Positions 46,676 through 56,197 are shown, counted from the stretch's first letter. The stretch is DNA of 64,000 bases from Oscillospiraceae bacterium (GCA_031550325.1 JAVBOR010000024.1:4062-68061), one strand, 5' to 3'. Made by a program: numbers and translations. The notes: generated by a model not told the origin, from the letters alone.

Positions 46676-47635
46676 TTAGGAGAGTCCGTGCGGGCAAAGA
46701 TCCTCAAAACTGCGGCGCAGAGCGAAACTCCGGCCGTTGAGATACTGAAGCTGGCCGGCAGAAGAGGTAAAGCGGAACGTCAGACGACAGGCGCAAAGCG
46801 CTTGCCCGCGCCGCTTATAAGGCTTGTCCATCGCCAGAGAGCCGTATTTTCCGTCGCCGAGCAGAGGGGTGCCCCGCGAGGCGAGCTGCACGCGAATTTG
46901 ATGCGTCCGTCCTGTGAGCAGCGTGCACTCAAGCAGCGTGAGGCCGCTGCGGTTCTCCAGCGTCTTGTATGTCATGCGCGCGAGCTTCGCGCCCGGCTCA
47001 GGCGTATTGCGCGTGTAGACCATATTTTTTTTGGAGTCCTTAAACAGATAGTCTTCCAGGGTTCCCTCGGACGGCCTTGGCCTGCCGTGCACCACGCAAA
47101 GATACTTTTTCTCGATTTCACGGTCGCGGATCTTTTCAGAGAGAATCCGGAGCGCTTCGGCGGTCTTGGCCGCGAGCACGAGACCTTCGGTGTTGCGGTC
47201 AAGCCTGTGGCAAAGTGACGGCGTGAAGCTGCTTTCCCGCTTGGGATCCCACTGCCCGGTGCTGAGCATATGGCGGCGGAAGCGATTTTCAAGCGTGTCC
47301 GTTTCACGCCGGTCCGAGCCGGACTGGCAGGGAAGCCCTGCCGGCTTGAGCAGTACGCAGATGTGCTGGTCCTCAAACAAAATGTCGGGTCTGGCGTCGG
47401 GAAGAACCTGCGGGGCGGGGGTCTGCTGTTCGACAACGTACACGCGCAGGATGTCCCCAAGCGCAAGGTGCGTGTCCGGCGCGCAGCGCTTGCCGCCAAG
47501 CTTAATGTTGCGCGTGCGGATGCCCTGTTGAATCTGGGAGGACTTAAGACCGGGCATGGCCTTGGACAGAAAGCGGTCCACACGCTGGCCGGCGTCATTG
47601 GGGCCGATGATAAACTCTTTCACAAAAAACCTCAC
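46676..47635 (-). CDS. RluA-family pseudouridine synthase with an N-terminal S4 domain
   Basis: GQRVDRFLSK..(S4), HRLDRNTEGLVLAAK catalytic motif, KKYLCVVHG, GRTHQIRVQLA. The start is GTG 47635, or GTG 47623, which lies 6 nt after GAGG. Confidence 0.85.
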   Translation of the reverse strand: MRFFVKEFIIGPNDAGQRVDRFLSKAMPGLKSSQIQQGIRTRNIKLGGKRCAPDTHLALGDILRVYVVEQQTPAPQVLPDARPDILFEDQHICVLLKPAGLPCQSGSDRRETDTLENRFRRHMLSTGQWDPKRESSFTPSLCHRLDRNTEGLVLAAKTAEALRILSEKIRDREIEKKYLCVVHGRPRPSEGTLEDYLFKDSKKNMVYTRNTPEPGAKLARMTYKTLENRSGLTLLECTLLTGRTHQIRVQLASRGTPLLGDGKYGSLAMDKPYKRRGQALCACRLTFRFTSSAGQLQYLNGRSFALRRSFEDLCPHGLS

Positions 47636-47718
47636 AACCTGTCAAATCCCCGGGAACCTCCTTAGCATACCAGATTTCAATACATTTGGGAAGCCGCACT
47701 GCCCTGAAAAAGATAAAC

Positions 47719-47744
47719 AAAAAAAACTCGCCCAAACAGGCGAG
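47719..47744 (-). terminator. Orphan rho-independent terminator on the minus strand, upstream of the rluA-family gene
   Basis: Minus strand: CTCGCC-tgtttg-GGCGAG followed by TTTTTTTT (plus-strand A-run at 47719-47726). No annotated minus-strand gene lies upstream of it. Confidence 0.45.
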
Positions 47745-47895
47745 CTGGAGAGAAGGGGGTAATGATGCACGCATAGTATGGGCAAAATAGAAATAATTAT
47801 GCATAAAATCAGATGTTTTCCTGGCGCGGCAAAACAGCACGAAGGGGAGAAAACCGTTTTCAAAGAAAGAATGAGGACGAAACCTTGGTTTTTCC

Positions 47896-47924
47896 TTGAC
47901 AATACAGGCGGGGGGAAGTATAAT
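47896..47924 (+). promoter_or_regulatory. Consensus sigma-A promoter for yceD-rpmF
   Basis: TTGACA (47896-47901), 17-nt spacer, TATAAT (47919-47924). The leader is about 100 nt. Confidence 0.65.
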
Positions 47925-48022
47925 ATCGTCCGTACCGCTTTGCGCGGCCGAGCCCTAATTTTCGCCGTGAAGACGCCGGTTTTGAAGAGAAAAGCCACGG
48001 CGGCGACAGGATGGACTAAGAC

Positions 48023-48523
48023 ATGAAGCTCGATATTCGCCCGGCGATGGAGGGCGGGAGAGTCGATTTCTCCCATTCGATTTCACTGCGGGATCTGGAT
48101 TTCGGCGGAATGTGCCCGTTTCAAGAGCCTTGTCTCATTGTGGGCGCTGTGGCCAACAGGGCGCAAATGCTTGAGTTTTCCGCAAAAGTCACGACCGACA
48201 TGCATCTGATCTGCGACCGTTGCGCCGAGCCGTTTATCAGGCCGATGGAACTCCTTGTGGAGCGCGTGCTCGTTGAACACATGGAAAGCGAGAGCAGCGA
48301 GGACATTGTGGTGCTGGATGGCAGCGGAATTGACCTGGACGAACTCATCACGCCGGAGATTATTTTGGCAGTTGAACCCAAGAATCTCTGTTCCCCGCAT
48401 TGTATGGGCCTTTGCCCGCAATGCGGGAAAAACCTCAACGACGGCCCCTGCGGCTGTGTTGAGAACGCAATTGATCCCCGTCTGGCCAAGCTGGGAGACT
48501 ATTTTAAGAAATCGCGTCCATGA
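48023..48523 (+). CDS. yceD: YceD-family (DUF177) protein
   Basis: 166 aa, located immediately upstream of rpmF. Acidic, with the C-terminal CxxxCxGLCPxCGxNLN motif (CSPHCMGLCPQCGKNLNDGPCGC). Confidence 0.85.
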   Translation: MKLDIRPAMEGGRVDFSHSISLRDLDFGGMCPFQEPCLIVGAVANRAQMLEFSAKVTTDMHLICDRCAEPFIRPMELLVERVLVEHMESESSEDIVVLDGSGIDLDELITPEIILAVEPKNLCSPHCMGLCPQCGKNLNDGPCGCVENAIDPRLAKLGDYFKKSRP

Positions 48524-48538
48524 AAGGTGGTGTACGGC

Positions 48539-48727
48539 ATGGCAGTCCCAAAGAAAAAGACATCAAAGCAGAGGCGAAATCTGCGCCGCAGTTCGGTGTG
48601 GAAACTGGACACCCCCAATCTGGTCGCCTGCAGCAAGTGCGGTGAGCTCAAGCTCCAGCACCGAGTATGCAAAGCCTGCGGAACTTATAACGGCCGTGAA
48701 GTTCTGAAGATCAAAGAAGCCAAATAA
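48539..48727 (+). CDS. rpmF: 50S ribosomal protein L32
   Basis: ATG 48539 lies 8 nt after AAAGGTGG. Sequence: [38 protein letters not shown]. Confidence 0.93.
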   Translation: MAVPKKKTSKQRRNLRRSSVWKLDTPNLVACSKCGELKLQHRVCKACGTYNGREVLKIKEAK

Positions 48728-48744
48728 TTTGCTGTCCATGCTGA

Positions 48745-48770
48745 CAAGGGGGGGATTCCTCCCTTGTTTT
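48745..48770 (+). terminator. Rho-independent terminator after rpmF
   Basis: CAAGGGGG-ggattc-CTCCCTTG (8 bp including one G-U) followed by TTTT. It lies inside the 5' part of track ORF 48729, which argues for a later start for that gene. Confidence 0.55.
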
Positions 48771-48836
48771 GGTGTGGAGAGCCATATCTTGAGCATGTTC
48801 AGCGACAAAACGGTATGGAAGCGAGGGGGAGTTGGG

Positions 48837-49868
48837 GTGGATACAAAAGATCGCGTGCTGTACGCCGACGTTTTGCGGCTGATGGCGACGTTTGCCGTGA
48901 TTATGCTGCATGTCGCCGCCGTGAACTTTTCGGGCTCGGACGTTCATTCCTCAGGATGGATCGCGCTGAACCTCTACGACAGCCTCGTGCGGTGGTGCGT
49001 GCCGGTGTTTTTTATGCTCAGCGGCATGTTTTTTCTCGATCCCGCCCGGAAACTCTCCTATTCAAAGCTCTACGGCAAGAACTTGCTTCGGCTCGCGACA
49101 GCCTATTTGTTCTGGTCGGCTGCCACCGCTTTTGTGGCGTACAAAACGGTTTCCTGGGACATGGTGAAGACAACCTGGAAAGGCCCGCTGCACTTCTGGT
49201 TTTTGTTTGCGCTCGCGGGGCTGTACATCGTCACGCCGGTTTTGCGCCTGTTTATCGCGGGCGCCAAGCAGCGGGATCTTCAATACTTTTTGCTGCTTTG
49301 CGCGATTTTCGCCGTCTTCATCCCCGCGCTTCCCAACGTCCCCGTGATCACCGTGCTGAAGGAGCGCGTGGCCGAGCTCAACATCCATCTGGTCATGGGA
49401 TACGTCGGCTTTTTTGTCGGCGGATACTACCTGAAAACGTACAGCCTGTCCAAAAGGGCCAGAGTGGTTCTGTATGCTCTCGGGCTGCTCGGCCTGGCAG
49501 CGACGTTCGGGCTGACGCTGATGGCCTCATGGCAAAAGGGAGCGGGCGTGCAGACCTACTATGGTTACTTTATGCCCAACGTGGTGCTGACCGCCTGCGC
49601 GCTGTTTGTGTTTGTGCGGGAGCGTTTGAGGGCCCGCCCGCCCGGGGCGCGGACCGTGAGGTTTGTTCTGCTGGGCTCGCGGCTGAGCTTTGGGATTTAT
49701 CTCATGCACCTGCTCAGCCTGGATCTGCTGCGCAGACTTGGGCTGACCAACGCGAGCTTTTCGCCGTTTCTGTCGGTGCCGGTCATTGCCATACTGGCGT
49801 TTTCGATTTGCTTTCTGATCAGCTGGGGCCTGTCCAAGCTCCCGGTTTTCAACAAATACGGCATGTGA
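48837..49868 (+). CDS. Acyltransferase family 3 integral membrane protein
   Basis: GTG 48837 lies 5 nt after GAGGGGGAG (alternative ATG at 48795). VDTKDRVLYADVLRLMATFAVIMLHVAA.. and about 10 hydrophobic segments are typical of the Acyl_transf_3 family. Confidence 0.65.
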   Translation: MDTKDRVLYADVLRLMATFAVIMLHVAAVNFSGSDVHSSGWIALNLYDSLVRWCVPVFFMLSGMFFLDPARKLSYSKLYGKNLLRLATAYLFWSAATAFVAYKTVSWDMVKTTWKGPLHFWFLFALAGLYIVTPVLRLFIAGAKQRDLQYFLLLCAIFAVFIPALPNVPVITVLKERVAELNIHLVMGYVGFFVGGYYLKTYSLSKRARVVLYALGLLGLAATFGLTLMASWQKGAGVQTYYGYFMPNVVLTACALFVFVRERLRARPPGARTVRFVLLGSRLSFGIYLMHLLSLDLLRRLGLTNASFSPFLSVPVIAILAFSICFLISWGLSKLPVFNKYGM

Positions 49869-49898
49869 GGCGGGCTGAATGAAACCTGAAAGAGCATC

Positions 49899-51137
49899 AT
49901 GGTAATCACGGCTGTCGACAAGGGCTCGCCGGCCGCGCGGGCGGGCGTGCGCGCGGGGGATACGCTGCTTGCTGTGGACGGCAAAGAGGTCCGCGACGTG
50001 CTGGACTACCGCTTTATGACCTATGAGGCCTCCCTGACGCTCACGCTCAGAGACAATGCCGGGCGCGAGCGTTTTGCAGCGCTGAGGCACCCCGTGGGCG
50101 GCGACCTTGGACTGACCTTTGAAACGTATTTGATGGATGAGGAGCGCACCTGCCAAAACAACTGCGTGTTCTGTTTCATCGACCAGATGCCCAAGGGCTG
50201 CCGGTCAAGCCTGTACGTCAAGGATGACGACGCGCGGCTGAGCTTTCTGCTGGGCAACTATATCACGCTGACCAATCTCACCGGAGAGGAGATTGACCGC
50301 ATTTGCAGAATGCGCATCAGCCCGCTGGGCATTTCGATTCATACGACCGACCCCGCGCTGCGTGTGCGCATGCTGCGCAACAAGCGCGCAGGCGCGCTGA
50401 TGGATATTCTGCGGCGATTTGACTCAGCGGGGGTCACGGTAAACGGTCAGATTGTACTCTGCCCAGGGTACAACGATGGGCAGGCGCTGGTCCGTACACT
50501 TGAGGACTTGCGCACGCTCTCCTGCGTGGACAGCGTGTCGGTGGTGCCGGTCGGCCTGACCGGGCATCGGGAGGGCCTGCCGCCGCTGGAGCCGGTCACC
50601 CCGGAGATGGCGCGCGCCGCCATTGACCTGTGCGTGGGGTATACGCGTGTGTTTTGCGCCGATGAGCTCTATTTGCTGGCAGGGCTTCCCCTTCCGACCG
50701 CGCCGTTTTACGAGGAGTTTCCTCAGCTGGAAAACGGCGTTGGTATGTTGGCGCTGTTTGCGCAGGAGTTTTTTGAGGCGAGGGACGACCGGCCTGTTGT
50801 TTGGCAGACGCTGGCCACGGGCAGAGCAGCCGCGGGCTTTATGGAAACGTTGCTGGCGGGAACTCGCGTGCAGGTGCTGGCCGTGGACAATGTGTTTTTT
50901 GGCGGCGGTGTGACGGTGGCCGGTCTGCTCACGGGCAGGGATCTGGCCGCGGGGCTCAAAGGATGCGCGCTCGGCGCGCGCGTGCTGATCCCGAAGAGCT
51001 GCCTGCGCCACGGGACGGATGTGTTCCTGGACGGCGTGACGGTTGCAGAACTGGAAGAGATGCTCGGCGTGCCCGTGACTCCGGTGGACCCCGACGGAGC
51101 GGCGCTTTGGCGCGCGCTGGGAGAGAACACAGAATAG
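49899..51137 (+). CDS. DUF512 protein (PDZ plus radical-SAM-like region)
   Basis: MVITAVDKGSPAARAGVRAGDTLLAVDG (PDZ), then C.NNCVFCFIDQMP..LYVKDDD.RLSFL.GNYITLTNL. It has the usual position directly upstream of der. Confidence 0.8.
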   Translation: MVITAVDKGSPAARAGVRAGDTLLAVDGKEVRDVLDYRFMTYEASLTLTLRDNAGRERFAALRHPVGGDLGLTFETYLMDEERTCQNNCVFCFIDQMPKGCRSSLYVKDDDARLSFLLGNYITLTNLTGEEIDRICRMRISPLGISIHTTDPALRVRMLRNKRAGALMDILRRFDSAGVTVNGQIVLCPGYNDGQALVRTLEDLRTLSCVDSVSVVPVGLTGHREGLPPLEPVTPEMARAAIDLCVGYTRVFCADELYLLAGLPLPTAPFYEEFPQLENGVGMLALFAQEFFEARDDRPVVWQTLATGRAAAGFMETLLAGTRVQVLAVDNVFFGGGVTVAGLLTGRDLAAGLKGCALGARVLIPKSCLRHGTDVFLDGVTVAELEEMLGVPVTPVDPDGAALWRALGENTE

Positions 51138-51146
51138 GAGAAAGAG

Positions 51147-52466
51147 ATGCCGATCATTGCCATTGTTGGGCGGCCCAATGTGGGCAAGTCCATGCTGTTT
51201 AACAAGCTGGCCGGACGCAGGCTTTCGATTGTCGAGGATACGCCGGGCGTCACGAGGGATCGCCTGTACGCCCCCTGCGAGTGGTGCGGGCGGCCGTTCA
51301 CGCTGATTGACACGGGCGGCCTGGAGCCGACTGCCAACGACGACATGCTGCGCTTTATGCGCGCGCAGACCACCATTGCCATCGAAAACGCCGACGTGAT
51401 CTTGATGATCTGCGATGTCCGCACGGGTGTCACCGCGGCCGACCGGGACATCGCCAACCTGCTCAAGCGCTCGCGCAAAGAGGTGGTGCTGTGCGTCAAC
51501 AAGTGCGATTCGGTAGGCTCACTGCCCGCCGAGCTGTACGAGTTTTATGAGCTCGGACTGGGAGACCCCTATCCGGTGTCCTCACTGCACGGACATGGCA
51601 CGGGAGACCTGCTTGACGCGTGCTTCGAGCGCTTTCCGCCAGAAGAGGCTGCGCAGGAGCAGAGCGAGCCTGTCCGCGTGACCATCCTGGGTAAGCCCAA
51701 TGTGGGGAAATCCTCTTTGCTCAACAAGCTGCTCGGTCAGGAGCGTGTGATTGTCAGCGACGTGGCCGGAACCACGCGCGACGCCGTGGACGAGCGACTG
51801 GACAATGAGCACGGCTCGTTTATTTTCACCGATACGGCCGGGATACGGCGCAAGTCGAAGGTGGAGGAGTCCATCGAGCATTACAGCGTCCTTCGCGCCG
51901 TGATGTCTATCGAGCGCAGCGACGTGTGCTTGCTGATGCTCGACGCGCGCGAGGGCGTCACCGAGCAGGACACCAAAATTGCCGGGCTGGCCAATGAGGC
52001 GGGAAAGCCGTCGGTGATTGTGGTCAACAAGTGGGACGCCGTGGAGAAGGACGACAAGACGATGGGCGCGCTCACCAGGGACATCAGGCAGGACCTGTTG
52101 TTTATGTCTTACGCGCCGGTTGAGTTTGTCTCGGCGCTGACCGGCTCGCGCGTAACGCGGCTGTTTGAACATATAGGGCATGTTTACACGCAAAACCGCA
52201 TACGCATCTCTACGGGGCAGCTCAACGACGTCCTGGCCGACGCCGTGACCAAAACGCAGCCCCCCACCGACAAGGGCCGCCGTCTGAAAATATACTATAT
52301 GACGCAGGCGTCGACCCAGCCGCCGCATTTTGTGGCGTTTTGCAACGACAAGAGGCTGTTTCATTTTTCCTATAAAAACTACATTGTAAACCAGATCAAG
52401 CAAACCTTCGGGCTTGATGGAACGCCGATACGGTTCACCATTCGGGAAAGAGGAGAGAAGGACTGA
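51147..52466 (+). CDS. der: Ribosome-associated GTPase Der (EngA)
   Basis: Two GTPase domains (GRPNVGKSMLFN, DTGG; GKPNVGKSSLLN, DTAG, NKWD) plus a KH-like C-terminus. Confidence 0.95.
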   Translation: MPIIAIVGRPNVGKSMLFNKLAGRRLSIVEDTPGVTRDRLYAPCEWCGRPFTLIDTGGLEPTANDDMLRFMRAQTTIAIENADVILMICDVRTGVTAADRDIANLLKRSRKEVVLCVNKCDSVGSLPAELYEFYELGLGDPYPVSSLHGHGTGDLLDACFERFPPEEAAQEQSEPVRVTILGKPNVGKSSLLNKLLGQERVIVSDVAGTTRDAVDERLDNEHGSFIFTDTAGIRRKSKVEESIEHYSVLRAVMSIERSDVCLLMLDAREGVTEQDTKIAGLANEAGKPSVIVVNKWDAVEKDDKTMGALTRDIRQDLLFMSYAPVEFVSALTGSRVTRLFEHIGHVYTQNRIRISTGQLNDVLADAVTKTQPPTDKGRRLKIYYMTQASTQPPHFVAFCNDKRLFHFSYKNYIVNQIKQTFGLDGTPIRFTIRERGEKD

Positions 52467-53072
52467 ATGCAGATCCTGAAGTATGTGCTTGCGGGCATAT
52501 TGACCTACGCGCTGGGAAGCCTCAACTTTGCGATTATCATTTCCCGCCTGACCGACAAGAGCGATATCCGGGGCAAGGGAAGCGGCAACGCCGGGCTGAC
52601 AAACGCGCTTCGCGTCATGGGCTCAAAACGCGCCGCGCTGGTCATGCTGGGAGACACGGCCAAGGGCGTGCTGGCGGTCCTGCTTGGACGGGCGCTTGTT
52701 GGGGAAAGCGGCGCGCTTTTGGCAGGGGTATGCGTCATCCTGGGACATATGTTCCCTGTGTACTTCGGACTGAAGGGCGGCAAGGGTGTGATGACGACCT
52801 GCGCTGTTATGCTGGCGCTGGACTGGCGGCAGGCGCTGATTGCGCTGGCGCTATTCGCGCTGATGGTTCTGCTGACGCGCTACGTGTCGCTGGGCTCCAT
52901 TCTCGCGGCGCTCACTCTGCCGTTTACGGCCTGGATGTTTGATAAAACTGATTTTTTGTACATGATCGCGATGATTCTCTTTGCCGCCGGGATTGTCATC
53001 CTTCATCGGGCGAACATCAAGAGGCTGCTTCAGGGAACCGAAAACAAGATCTCCTTCGGCAAAAAGGCATGA
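52467..53072 (+). CDS. plsY: Glycerol-3-phosphate acyltransferase PlsY
   Basis: Sequence: GSLNFAIIISRL....DIRG.GSGNAGLTNALRV.G..GHMFPVYFGLKGGKGV. Confidence 0.93.
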   Translation: MQILKYVLAGILTYALGSLNFAIIISRLTDKSDIRGKGSGNAGLTNALRVMGSKRAALVMLGDTAKGVLAVLLGRALVGESGALLAGVCVILGHMFPVYFGLKGGKGVMTTCAVMLALDWRQALIALALFALMVLLTRYVSLGSILAALTLPFTAWMFDKTDFLYMIAMILFAAGIVILHRANIKRLLQGTENKISFGKKA

Positions 53073-53530
53073 TGCATATTGTGCTGCATCAGCCCGAAAT
53101 ACCGCAAAACACCGGAAACATTGTGCGAACCTGCGCGGCGACGGGCAGCGTTCTTCACCTGATTGAGCCGCTGGGGTTTGCCATAGACGACCGCAAACTC
53201 AAGCGAGCCGGGCTGGATTACTGGCATGACATGGACATCCGGCTGCACCCGAGCTGGGACGCGTTTTTGAGCGCCGAGGCACCTGAGAGGCTATGGCTCT
53301 TCACCACAAAGGCCGGCGCGCTGTACACGCAGGCAAGCTACGCCGAAGGCGATTATTTGGTGTACGGCCGCGAGACGGCGGGACTGCCCGGGGAGATCAG
53401 GGACGCCTTCTCACTGCGCCTTCTGCGTGTGCCGATGCTGGGCGACACGCGCAGCCTGAATCTTTCCAACACGGTGGCGCTCACGGTCTATGAAGCTCTC
53501 AGGCAGAAGGGTTTTGCCGGGCTCAGGTAG
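53069..53530 (+). CDS. trmL: tRNA (cytidine/uridine-2'-O)-methyltransferase TrmL (SpoU family)
   Basis: Sequence: MMHIVLHQPEIPQNTGNIVRTCAATG..LHLIEPLGF...D..LKRAGLDYW..YGRETAGLP..R.P......RSLNLSN.VA...YEALRQ. Confidence 0.9.
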   Translation: MMHIVLHQPEIPQNTGNIVRTCAATGSVLHLIEPLGFAIDDRKLKRAGLDYWHDMDIRLHPSWDAFLSAEAPERLWLFTTKAGALYTQASYAEGDYLVYGRETAGLPGEIRDAFSLRLLRVPMLGDTRSLNLSNTVALTVYEALRQKGFAGLR

Positions 53531-53636
53531 ACATAGAGTTTCGGCGCCTTTCGGCGCGCGGGAATCGGACGCGCCGGCGCAGTTGAGGGTTCTAACAAAC
53601 TCGGTCGAGCCATACTTTGTATCGAGGTGATGCAGA

Positions 53637-54446
53637 GTGAAGATCGTTTTTCTGAGGGCCAGGGTCGTTCTCCCCATTTTAGCCGTTGGGCTGGCGTTAT
53701 GCGCCTGGATTTTGGTGGCCAAACCGGGCTTTATCACGGCCATGGCCGGGCAGCGCCAACTGCCGATCTACTGTGTGCAGCGGGAGTACAAGGTGGTTTC
53801 GCTGACTTTCGACGCCGCGTGGGGCAACGAGGACACGTTGCAGCTGATTGACATTCTGGGAAAGCACAATGTCTCGGCCACGTTTTTTGTGGTGGGAGAC
53901 TGGGCGCGCAAGTATCCCGAGTCGGTCAGGCAGCTCTTTGACGCCGGGCATGAGGTGATGAGCCACAGCAATCATCACGACCATATGACCAAGCTCACGA
54001 AGGAGCAGATTGTCGCTGATCTCATGGCCTGCAATCAGGACATTGAGGCCATCACGGGCGTGAGCCCGACGCTGTTCCGCTGTCCCTACGGGGAGTACGA
54101 CGACAAGGTCGTTCTGGCGGTGCGCGGCATGGGCATGGAGGTCGTGCAATGGGACGTTGACAGCTTGGACTGGATGGATAAAACCGCCGGGGAGATTACG
54201 TCCCGTGTGACCAAAAAAACGCAGCCCGGCTCGATTGTCCTGTTCCACAATGCCGCGAAGTACACGCCGGACGCGCTGGACGGGCTGATCACGACGCTGA
54301 CGCAGCAGGGTTACAGTTTTGCCAAAGTCAGCGATCTTATTTTGGACGGGGAGACCGCCATCGACCACACCGGCAGGCAGATGCCGGCAAAACCCTCGCC
54401 GTCCGGCCCGACGTCGACAATGGGTGCGCGCGCAGACAGGACATAG
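53637..54446 (+). CDS. Polysaccharide deacetylase family protein (PdaB-like sporulation deacetylase)
   Basis: GTG 53637 lies 6 nt after GAGGTGA. One N-terminal TM segment. NodB motifs: LTFDAAWGNED, SHSNHHDHM, RCPYGEYD, LFH. Confidence 0.8.
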   Translation: MKIVFLRARVVLPILAVGLALCAWILVAKPGFITAMAGQRQLPIYCVQREYKVVSLTFDAAWGNEDTLQLIDILGKHNVSATFFVVGDWARKYPESVRQLFDAGHEVMSHSNHHDHMTKLTKEQIVADLMACNQDIEAITGVSPTLFRCPYGEYDDKVVLAVRGMGMEVVQWDVDSLDWMDKTAGEITSRVTKKTQPGSIVLFHNAAKYTPDALDGLITTLTQQGYSFAKVSDLILDGETAIDHTGRQMPAKPSPSGPTSTMGARADRT

Positions 54447-54454
54447 AAAAGTTG

Positions 54455-54502
54455 AAAAGCCATAGCCATTTTTTTACATAATGGCTATGGCTTTTTATTT
54501 TA
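54455..54502. terminator. Strong bidirectional rho-independent terminator
   Basis: AAAAGCCATAGCCATT-tttttacat-AATGGCTATGGCTTTT (16 bp, perfect), flanked by A-runs and T-runs on both sides. Confidence 0.85.
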
Positions 54503-54663
54503 TGAGAAAATTTTTGAAAAAATGTATAATAATTCTTGTGCAACAGACTTTGCTGTGGTATGATAAATGACAATTACAAAAGATATGCAACTATGTTGCG
54601 GATGTTGTGGATGCGGACAGAGGAAATCGTACAACAAAATCTAAAACCATAGGGGGAATCCAC

Positions 54664-56136
54664 ATGCTGCTGGTTGAAGCCAAATGCACGCATTGTGGCA
54701 ATCTGATCCATCTCGACCCGAACGCAAAAACCAATTACTGTCTGTATTGCGGCTGCAGGATTGAGGTCGAGGAATCAGTGCAACACTACAAGCTGGAGCG
54801 CGAGAAGGTCTTTGGACTGAGCGAGAATGACGAAGCGTCTATTGCCGAGTTGATGTTATCGCAGGACAAAAAACCGTCGGACGCGCTTAAGGAAGCCGAG
54901 GCGTACTTAACCAACAACAGCTACACACGTGCGGAGTCGATTTTTACAGCGCTCGTGCAAACCGACCCCAGCAACTTCGAGGCCAGATGGGGGATCTTGC
55001 GCGCTAGGACGAAGAAGTTGACGCCGATTGCGCTGGATACCGCCGAGGACTTTTTCTTTACAGAGGCCGGCATGCTGTTTGAGGAAGCGGCTGACGTTCA
55101 GTGCGCGCCATGGCGTGAGCAGTATTATGAGGCGTTTTATGCCTGCTGCGTGTTAAGCCTGAAGAGTTATGACCCAAAGGTTTTTATAGAGGCCAGCGTC
55201 TACCGGTGGAATACCAAGGAAAATCGGTTTGAATATCCGATCAGCTCGCAATACGATCTGAATGACCTGCTGAACAAGACGGTCAGAAAACGTTTGGTCC
55301 CGCTGGCGGAGGTCCTGCGGACTGAACAGCGCGAGCGGTACATAGCCGACATAGAGACGCTGTGCGAGAATATCAAGGCCTATTTCCGAAAGGGCTTTGA
55401 GAATGTTGAGGCGATGCAGCGCGGGGACATGAAGGATATCGAAGGGTTCTGGGAACTCAAACGCACAAACGGTGAGACCAAAAACAATATTTTGAGGTTT
55501 TCGCAAAATCCTGTGGGCGTTCATTATTGCGAGGCCATGCGCACGACGTTTAGCCGGTATGAATACTACCGGTTTGTCCAGGTTGGCGCGCAAGGCGCGG
55601 TGTTCTGCCGGGAAATGCGCACCTTTCCCTCTTCTTCGGGCGCGGGAGGCGATTACAGAGGTTTTGAGCAGCCCAAGATGTTTATGCGAATTTTCGCGCT
55701 GTATGACTTCTTGCTGGTCATGCCGTCAGCCCTGTATACGCGCGCTCAGATCAGCGAGACTGATAACGGAGAACAAGCGATGGCCTTTCGCAAGAAATGT
55801 ATTTCCTCGCCCGTGTTCGCGCGCGGGGAAAACGGCCGGGGCGGGGAGCAGATGCGTCCAATCACCGACAACCACAATACGGCCGAGCCAACCAGAACGG
55901 TCAGCGCGTGCTTTATCGCCACCGCCGTGTACGGAGACGAGAACGCCGAGCAGGTTCTGCGGCTGAGAAAGTTTAGGGATGAAACCCTTCATCAAAGCGC
56001 GTACGGGCGCAGGTTTTCCGACTGGTATTACCGAACAAGCCCGCCGATTGCCGAAAGGCTTAGGAAGGCACCAAGGCTGAACAGACTGATTCGCACAGCG
56101 CTTGACGCGTTTGTGGCGGTTCTGGGCAAGACATAG
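54664..56136 (+). CDS. Hypothetical protein: N-terminal zinc ribbon, TPR-like helix pair, large unknown middle region, C-terminal CFIATAVYG...LRKFRD module
   Basis: ATG 54664 lies 6 nt after AGGGGGA. Sequence: MLLVEAKCTHCGNLIHLDPNAKTNYCLYCGC..; AEAYLTNNSYTRAESIFTALVQTDPSNFEARWG; C-terminal CFIATAVYGDENAEQVLRLRKFRDETL..YYRTSPPIAERL. Confidence 0.6.
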   Translation: MLLVEAKCTHCGNLIHLDPNAKTNYCLYCGCRIEVEESVQHYKLEREKVFGLSENDEASIAELMLSQDKKPSDALKEAEAYLTNNSYTRAESIFTALVQTDPSNFEARWGILRARTKKLTPIALDTAEDFFFTEAGMLFEEAADVQCAPWREQYYEAFYACCVLSLKSYDPKVFIEASVYRWNTKENRFEYPISSQYDLNDLLNKTVRKRLVPLAEVLRTEQRERYIADIETLCENIKAYFRKGFENVEAMQRGDMKDIEGFWELKRTNGETKNNILRFSQNPVGVHYCEAMRTTFSRYEYYRFVQVGAQGAVFCREMRTFPSSSGAGGDYRGFEQPKMFMRIFALYDFLLVMPSALYTRAQISETDNGEQAMAFRKKCISSPVFARGENGRGGEQMRPITDNHNTAEPTRTVSACFIATAVYGDENAEQVLRLRKFRDETLHQSAYGRRFSDWYYRTSPPIAERLRKAPRLNRLIRTALDAFVAVLGKT

Positions 56137-56197
56137 GCGCGGCTGAAAGCTTTCAGGCGAAGTCCGGGCAACGGTTTGCAGAGAAAGGCGTTTTTGA

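Noticed and set aside
48764-49882. 372-aa ORF in an alternative frame overlapping the acyltransferase gene
   Set aside because: It is an R/A/G-rich product without hydrophobic segments or motifs. The overlapping frame (48837-49868) encodes a coherent 10-TM acyltransferase-3-like protein.
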